NCBI GenBank assembly: GCA_029856435.1
Contig: JAHQXB010000082.1
Span: forward strand, 1-56,537
Source of the DNA: Candidatus Jordarchaeia archaeon
GTDB taxonomy: Archaea; Asgardarchaeota; Jordiarchaeia; Jordiarchaeales; Jordiarchaeaceae
Length of the DNA: 56,537 bases
Direction of reading: 5' to 3'
Shown: positions 51,924-56,537 of the stretch, in pieces
Numbering within the stretch: the first letter of the stretch is position 1
How the letters are laid out: every line of letters starts with the position of its first letter
Notes under the pieces: model-generated
Databases searched by the model: none
Seen by the model: the letters and a program-made list of their open reading frames with translations, nothing else
What the model was told of the DNA's origin: nothing
Translations under genes and position numbers: made by a program

Positions 51924-51999
51924 CTTTTCTCCAACATCTCGGGAGAATTTATAAAAACATGATTGAATGTTTTCCGTCTTGAAAATTAACTGATTAATT

Positions 52000-53922
52000 A
52001 TGGGATATTTGAAGTGGGTAGATTTTATGCTCACAGAAGTGATAGAAAAAATCGTCGATGCTACGTATGATAGCCTTACACTATTGGGAGTTAAGGATAT
52101 TCCCAAAAAAGAAATCACGTTAAGCATAAGTCAACCTCCAGATCCCAAACTGGGAAACCTTTCATCCACAATAGCCTTCCGCGTTTCGAAAAGCCTCAAA
52201 AGTAAACCAATAGAAACCGCCCAGCAGTTAGTGGAAAAGCTGAAGGCGACAAAACTGCCCCTTGTTGGAAAAATAGAAGCTGCGCCCCCCGGCTACGTTA
52301 ACTTTTACTTCGACGATTCAGAACTCACAAAAACAGTAATAGACAGAGTATTTGCGGAGGGAGAAAACTATGGCAAATTACAGTTAGGGAAGGGAGAAAA
52401 AGTCTTAGTTGAACACACTGCTGTCAACCCCACCAAACCCCTACACATTGGCCACTTAAGAAACGCTGTCTTGGGCGATGTGGTTGCAAATCTATACAGG
52501 AACTGTGGGTGGAACGTAGAAGTCCAGAACTTCATTGATGATTTGGGAAGACAGGTTGGTGTACTGGTCTGGGCCTTTCTTAACAACATACACCTAGAAG
52601 TTCCAAGAGAGAAGGACACCAAACTAGACTTTTGGTATGGACTCATATATGCAAAAGCCGCCCAACTCTTAAAAGAAAAACCGGAACTAGAAAAGGAAGT
52701 AGACGAAGTAATGCGCAGCATGGAAACGGGGAACAACGAGATTGCCGATTTCAGCAGACACCTCTCAGAAATGTGCGTTGAATCAAACCTAGAAACAACA
52801 ACCAGAGCAAACATAGGATATAACCTACTGGTCTGGGAGAGCGACATTGCAAGGTCCAAAATATGGGAGGAAACCCTCAAAAAACTAGAAAAATCCGAAA
52901 ACTTCGTATGGGAAACAGAAGGAGAATACAAAGGCTGCTTTGTGGCAAAGTTCAGCAGAATGGAAGAATTCAAAGACAAGAAAAACCCAGACAAAGTGAT
53001 AATACGCTCCACTGGAGTACCCACCTACATAGCCCACGACATAGCCTACCAACTATGGAAATTTGGAAAACTAGAAACAAAAATGAAGTACCGCCCATGG
53101 AACACCCAATTCAACAAACAAATACTATGGACCACCGCCCCCACCCTAAGCAAAGATAGCGACGAATTTGCCAAGGCAAAAAAGGTAATCAACGTAATAG
53201 GATACGAGCAAGAATACCTGCAGCAAGCCCTCAAATCCAGCATTAAACTCCTCGGCTACCAAGAGGAAGCCGAAAACTCCATTCATCTCTCCTACAAACA
53301 CGTAAAACTAGCCGGCGAAAGATTTTCAGGAAGAGAAGGTAACTGGGTAGGATACCACGCAGACGCAGTAATCAACCAAACATTCATCCGAGCATACCTA
53401 CAAGTAAGCAAAAACCTACCAGACATTCCCGAACTTGAAAAAAGAGAATTAGCCGAAATAATAGCAGTAGGAGCAGTCAGATTCTGGCTGATAAAATTCA
53501 GCACCGAACAAACCATAATATTCGACTTCGACAAAGTAACAAACTTCGACGGAGAAACAGGACCCTACATACAATACGCAGTAGTCAGAGCCCGCAGCAT
53601 ACTAGAAAAAGCCGACAAAAAGCCCACACCAAAAATAAAACCCGAAAAACTAAGCGACGAAAAAGAAAAAACCCTAATACAACACATACTCCTATTCCCA
53701 CAAACAGTAAAAACAGCAACCGAACAACTAAAACCCCACATACTAGCAGAATACACCTACCAACTCGCCCTCAAATTCAGCAAATTCTACGAATCCCAAC
53801 CAGTTCTCACCGCACAAGACGAAGAAACAAAAAAAGCCCGACTCGCCCTAGTCCACGCAACAAAACAAACACTAGAAAACGCCCTAAACATACTAGGAAT
53901 ACAAATACCCTCAAAAATGTAA
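52000..53922 (+). CDS. argS: Arginine--tRNA ligase
   Basis: EHTAVNPTKPLHIGH, DDLGRQ, FSGREG, GETGPYIQY..R..SIL; the start may be ATG 52027. Confidence 0.97.
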   Translation: MGYLKWVDFMLTEVIEKIVDATYDSLTLLGVKDIPKKEITLSISQPPDPKLGNLSSTIAFRVSKSLKSKPIETAQQLVEKLKATKLPLVGKIEAAPPGYVNFYFDDSELTKTVIDRVFAEGENYGKLQLGKGEKVLVEHTAVNPTKPLHIGHLRNAVLGDVVANLYRNCGWNVEVQNFIDDLGRQVGVLVWAFLNNIHLEVPREKDTKLDFWYGLIYAKAAQLLKEKPELEKEVDEVMRSMETGNNEIADFSRHLSEMCVESNLETTTRANIGYNLLVWESDIARSKIWEETLKKLEKSENFVWETEGEYKGCFVAKFSRMEEFKDKKNPDKVIIRSTGVPTYIAHDIAYQLWKFGKLETKMKYRPWNTQFNKQILWTTAPTLSKDSDEFAKAKKVINVIGYEQEYLQQALKSSIKLLGYQEEAENSIHLSYKHVKLAGERFSGREGNWVGYHADAVINQTFIRAYLQVSKNLPDIPELEKRELAEIIAVGAVRFWLIKFSTEQTIIFDFDKVTNFDGETGPYIQYAVVRARSILEKADKKPTPKIKPEKLSDEKEKTLIQHILLFPQTVKTATEQLKPHILAEYTYQLALKFSKFYESQPVLTAQDEETKKARLALVHATKQTLENALNILGIQIPSKM

Positions 53923-54018
53923 ACAACAAAAAAGACTCCTTCTATTTTTATGAAATTAAATATGTGGCATCCACAAAATTGAAACCAGTGCTTTTCTGGC
54001 AATTGCTAAAAGAAGCTG

Positions 54019-54166
54019 TGGCGGGGCCCACGGGATTTGAAGTCGCGAATCCACCCTGGGTAAGGATAGATTTCCCGCGATCACAGGCTCCGCAGGCATA
54101 CGCACCAGACAATTATGGTTCTGCGCCCTTTCAGGTACCCATATATCCTGACTAGGCCAGGGCCCC
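54019..54166 (-). tRNA. trnR: tRNA-Arg(GCG) with three introns (D-loop: 54130-54144; 29/30: 54098-54120; 53/54: 54042-54073), CCA encoded
   Basis: Spliced: GGGGCCC TG GCCTAGTCAGGATAGGGC G CAGGC CTGCGGA GCCTG TGATC GCGGG TTCAAAT CCCGT GGGCCCC G CCA; each intron has a 4-bp central helix and 3-nt bulges. Confidence 0.9.
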
Positions 54167-54267
54167 ACCTAGTGCTAATCGTATTAGGAAGCTGAAATAT
54201 ATTAAACTTTGTGTAAAAAATGTGGGGTTTTTAAGATAACACAAGGAAAATATGTTGATACCCCTTT

Positions 54268-54807
54268 ATGAAACTAATTGTATATTTGCGGAGCGGAAGT
54301 ATTGTTATGCTGCGAAGCCAGCTTGTGGAAAAATTGTTGGAAGACGTGGAGAGAAATAAGGGCAACTGGAGTTCTAAGGGTGTGGCGATACTAGACATTA
54401 ACAACTCCCTTATCGGTTTAAAGGGAGAAGTTCCAAAAGAGTACCTTGACTACTACACCAAGTTTCCCATATCAGAAATGCACGAGGGGGATAGCATACA
54501 CAATAGGAACAGTTTCTTAATGAGGGTAACGGAAAAAACCGCCGTAGTGGTGGTACTGAGCGACGAGCACTTCGCGAGGCTAGCAGCAATAAACCTCCGG
54601 GGAAGAATCTCTGCCCTCCACGACTTCTATCTATTAGACTTGGATGGCGGGGACAGAGAGAGGTTACTAAGGGGCAAAATTATAAAGGGACAAACCTCAA
54701 TTCTGGATGGTGTGCTGGAAAAAATAAAAACTGGAGAAGTGGCAGCAGACATAGCAATAAACGAGTGGCTGAACACCCTCATAAACAAAATAAAAGCCAC
54801 CACCTAA
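54268..54807 (+). CDS. Roadblock-like domain protein, distant paralog of 44432-44812
   Basis: GVAILDINNSLI and SFLMRVTEKTAVVVV align with GLALITVGGNVI and SLLIIRVSEKMVLAI. Confidence 0.55.
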   Translation: MKLIVYLRSGSIVMLRSQLVEKLLEDVERNKGNWSSKGVAILDINNSLIGLKGEVPKEYLDYYTKFPISEMHEGDSIHNRNSFLMRVTEKTAVVVVLSDEHFARLAAINLRGRISALHDFYLLDLDGGDRERLLRGKIIKGQTSILDGVLEKIKTGEVAADIAINEWLNTLINKIKATT

Positions 54808-54947
54808 AAACCAAAAAGTTGCACCCCAAAGCCAGTAGCATCAGACATTTTTCAATTCTCTTTTTCATCATTTCAAAAAATTTTTTAGTGAAAAAAAGCT
54901 GATAAATTCTGGGCTCCTTCTACATTTTTGTTTCAAGCGGCAGGGTA

Positions 54948-56018
54948 ATGATTATGAAGTTAGCATTGGTTTCCCATAGGGCCTTTGAAGAGATGCATGT
55001 TCCCGAGGTTACTAGACCGTGGATGGAAGCATTTGAGAATCCAAGCCGCATAAAGCTTACCCGCGAATACCTCAAAAACTCTGGTCTACTGGAGAACCCG
55101 GACCTGGAACTTTTTGAGTGCAAACCTGCCACCAGAGAAGATATACTTCGGGTGCACAGTCCTTACCTTCTTGACGTGGTCAGTGAATTATCAGGACTAG
55201 GGTACGGTGAAGTTGGTTCCTCAAGCTTTGTAGTCAAGGATACGTTTAATGCTGCCTGCTTGTCGGCTGGCGGAGCCATTCTGGCGGTGCAGCAGGTTCG
55301 CGAGGGAGAGGCGGAGACAGCCTTCGCTCTCATCCGCCCACCGGGGCATCATGCTGGAATAGGGCACTCGGAGGGAATGTGTTACTTTAATAACTGCGCT
55401 GTGGCAGTCAGGTGGCTTCAGGAAAAGGAAAAAGTTAAACGCGTCCTAATATTGGACCTTGATGCGCATGCCTGTGATGGGACGTCCCAAATATTCTATT
55501 CCGACCCCACTGTTTTCTGTTTATCCTTTCACGAGTACGGTATGGAAACAATAGAAAGAGGCTGGCTGGAGGAAATAGGCAGCGGAGAGGGGAAGGGATA
55601 CAATATTAATGTGCCACTGCCCCTGGGGACATGGGGAAAAACCTACCTCTGGGCCTTCGAACAAATCTTTCCCGAAATAATCCGAGACTATAAACCTGAG
55701 TTTTTAGTGGTTTCTTTCGGCTTTGACACACATTACAGCGACCCTGTTGGAAACATGAATCTGCAGGCAGAAGATTACGCCCAACTAACCCGAATAATCC
55801 TCCAGTTAGCAAAAGAAGTTTGCAAAGGAAAAACCACCTTCATACTGGAAGGAGGATACAGCCTCCTAGCCCTGCCCCTAAGCATCGCAGCAGTCATCTC
55901 AACAATACTGGGCACAGAAACAAAATACTATGACAAAATACCCCAACCAGAAAAAATTCCCAAAATAGTAAAAAATGTAACAGAAGAAATCCAAAACCTA
56001 AAGAAACAATACCTCTAA
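54948..56018 (+). CDS. Histone deacetylase family protein (class II-like)
   Basis: ENPSRI, RPPGHHAG, CYFNN, DLDAH, SFGFDTH, LEGGYS. Confidence 0.92.
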   Translation: MIMKLALVSHRAFEEMHVPEVTRPWMEAFENPSRIKLTREYLKNSGLLENPDLELFECKPATREDILRVHSPYLLDVVSELSGLGYGEVGSSSFVVKDTFNAACLSAGGAILAVQQVREGEAETAFALIRPPGHHAGIGHSEGMCYFNNCAVAVRWLQEKEKVKRVLILDLDAHACDGTSQIFYSDPTVFCLSFHEYGMETIERGWLEEIGSGEGKGYNINVPLPLGTWGKTYLWAFEQIFPEIIRDYKPEFLVVSFGFDTHYSDPVGNMNLQAEDYAQLTRIILQLAKEVCKGKTTFILEGGYSLLALPLSIAAVISTILGTETKYYDKIPQPEKIPKIVKNVTEEIQNLKKQYL

Positions 56019-56308
56019 AAATCGGGTGAACTGTGAACAGAGCACCTATTCCAACATATTAATGATAAAGGACATGTGCACTCTAAACAGTGATGAAAAA
56101 TGCATTATAACCTACTTTTCGCGGATTTGAATTTTTATTCTGTCTAGGTGGGGACGCAGGCTTTTCACATCTGTTTAGTGCCCTTTAGACGCCTTAATAT
56201 CCCCTTCCCATGCCACCAGTTTTGCCCTCAGATCCACCTTTCCATGCTTTGCGCGCCTGCCTCTCACCCTTCTGAGAGCCCCCTCAAAACCATTCACACC
56301 AAAAAACA

Positions 56309-56537
56309 CTAGTTCTCCCCCTGCTCTCCACTGGCCTCAACTGGCGTGAGCACTGAGATGTACTGTTCAGGGTGAGGAAGCCCCAGCTTGTCCAAGGCGA
56401 ACCTGAGAGGGGGAGGGGCGGTTCTTCCAGCAGCCAGAGCTCTTCTCCATCCCGGAGAAACAGGTGAAGAAGGGTTACCCTTCTGAAGAGCCAGAAGAGA
56501 GTGCGGGTGGTTATCTGCATCCCCTGCCTCCTGCAAA
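56309..56537 (-). mobile_element. C-terminus of a transposase (IS1634-like), frameshifted and truncated by the window edge
   Basis: GC-rich segment; one frame gives TTRTLFWLFRRVTLLHLFLRDGEELWLL and another continues PPLRFALDKLGLPHPEQY, switching in a C-rich run. Family assigned from memory of IS1634 C-termini. Confidence 0.45.

Noticed and set aside
51654-51962. 102-aa ORF on +
   Set aside because: It runs across the intron-containing tRNA-Arg(CCG) and has no protein motifs.
53956-54168. 63-70-aa ORFs on both strands
   Set aside because: They coincide with the triple-intron tRNA-Arg(GCG).

Overview
Archaeal genomic window, probably Asgard (inferred from three longin-type and two roadblock-like proteins, alongside TFB, proteasome beta subunit and archaeal TpiA). 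Most of it is housekeeping or metabolic: gdhA, ileS, psmB, moaA, an FAD oxidase/Fe-S pair, a MoxR-DUF58-transglutaminase operon, two HDAC-family deacetylases, an RsmB/NOP2 methyltransferase, a MaoC pair, SCP2, a thiolase/DUF35/HMGS-like trio and argS. Signals missed by the ORF track: (1) a 114-codon HesB-like gene (7163-7507, -) with an in-frame TGA in a T-U-G-G motif and a structured 3' UTR, a candidate selenoprotein; (2) argS flanked by two tRNA-Arg genes with 2 and 3 BHB introns, four of the five at non-canonical positions; (3) a structured ncRNA candidate at about 19.0-19.4 kb; (4) probable pseudoenzymes (HMGS-like, M24); (5) repeated strand-skew switches; (6) a decayed D-aminoacylase pseudogene and IS remnants at both window edges. 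All assignments are by eye; no searches were run.
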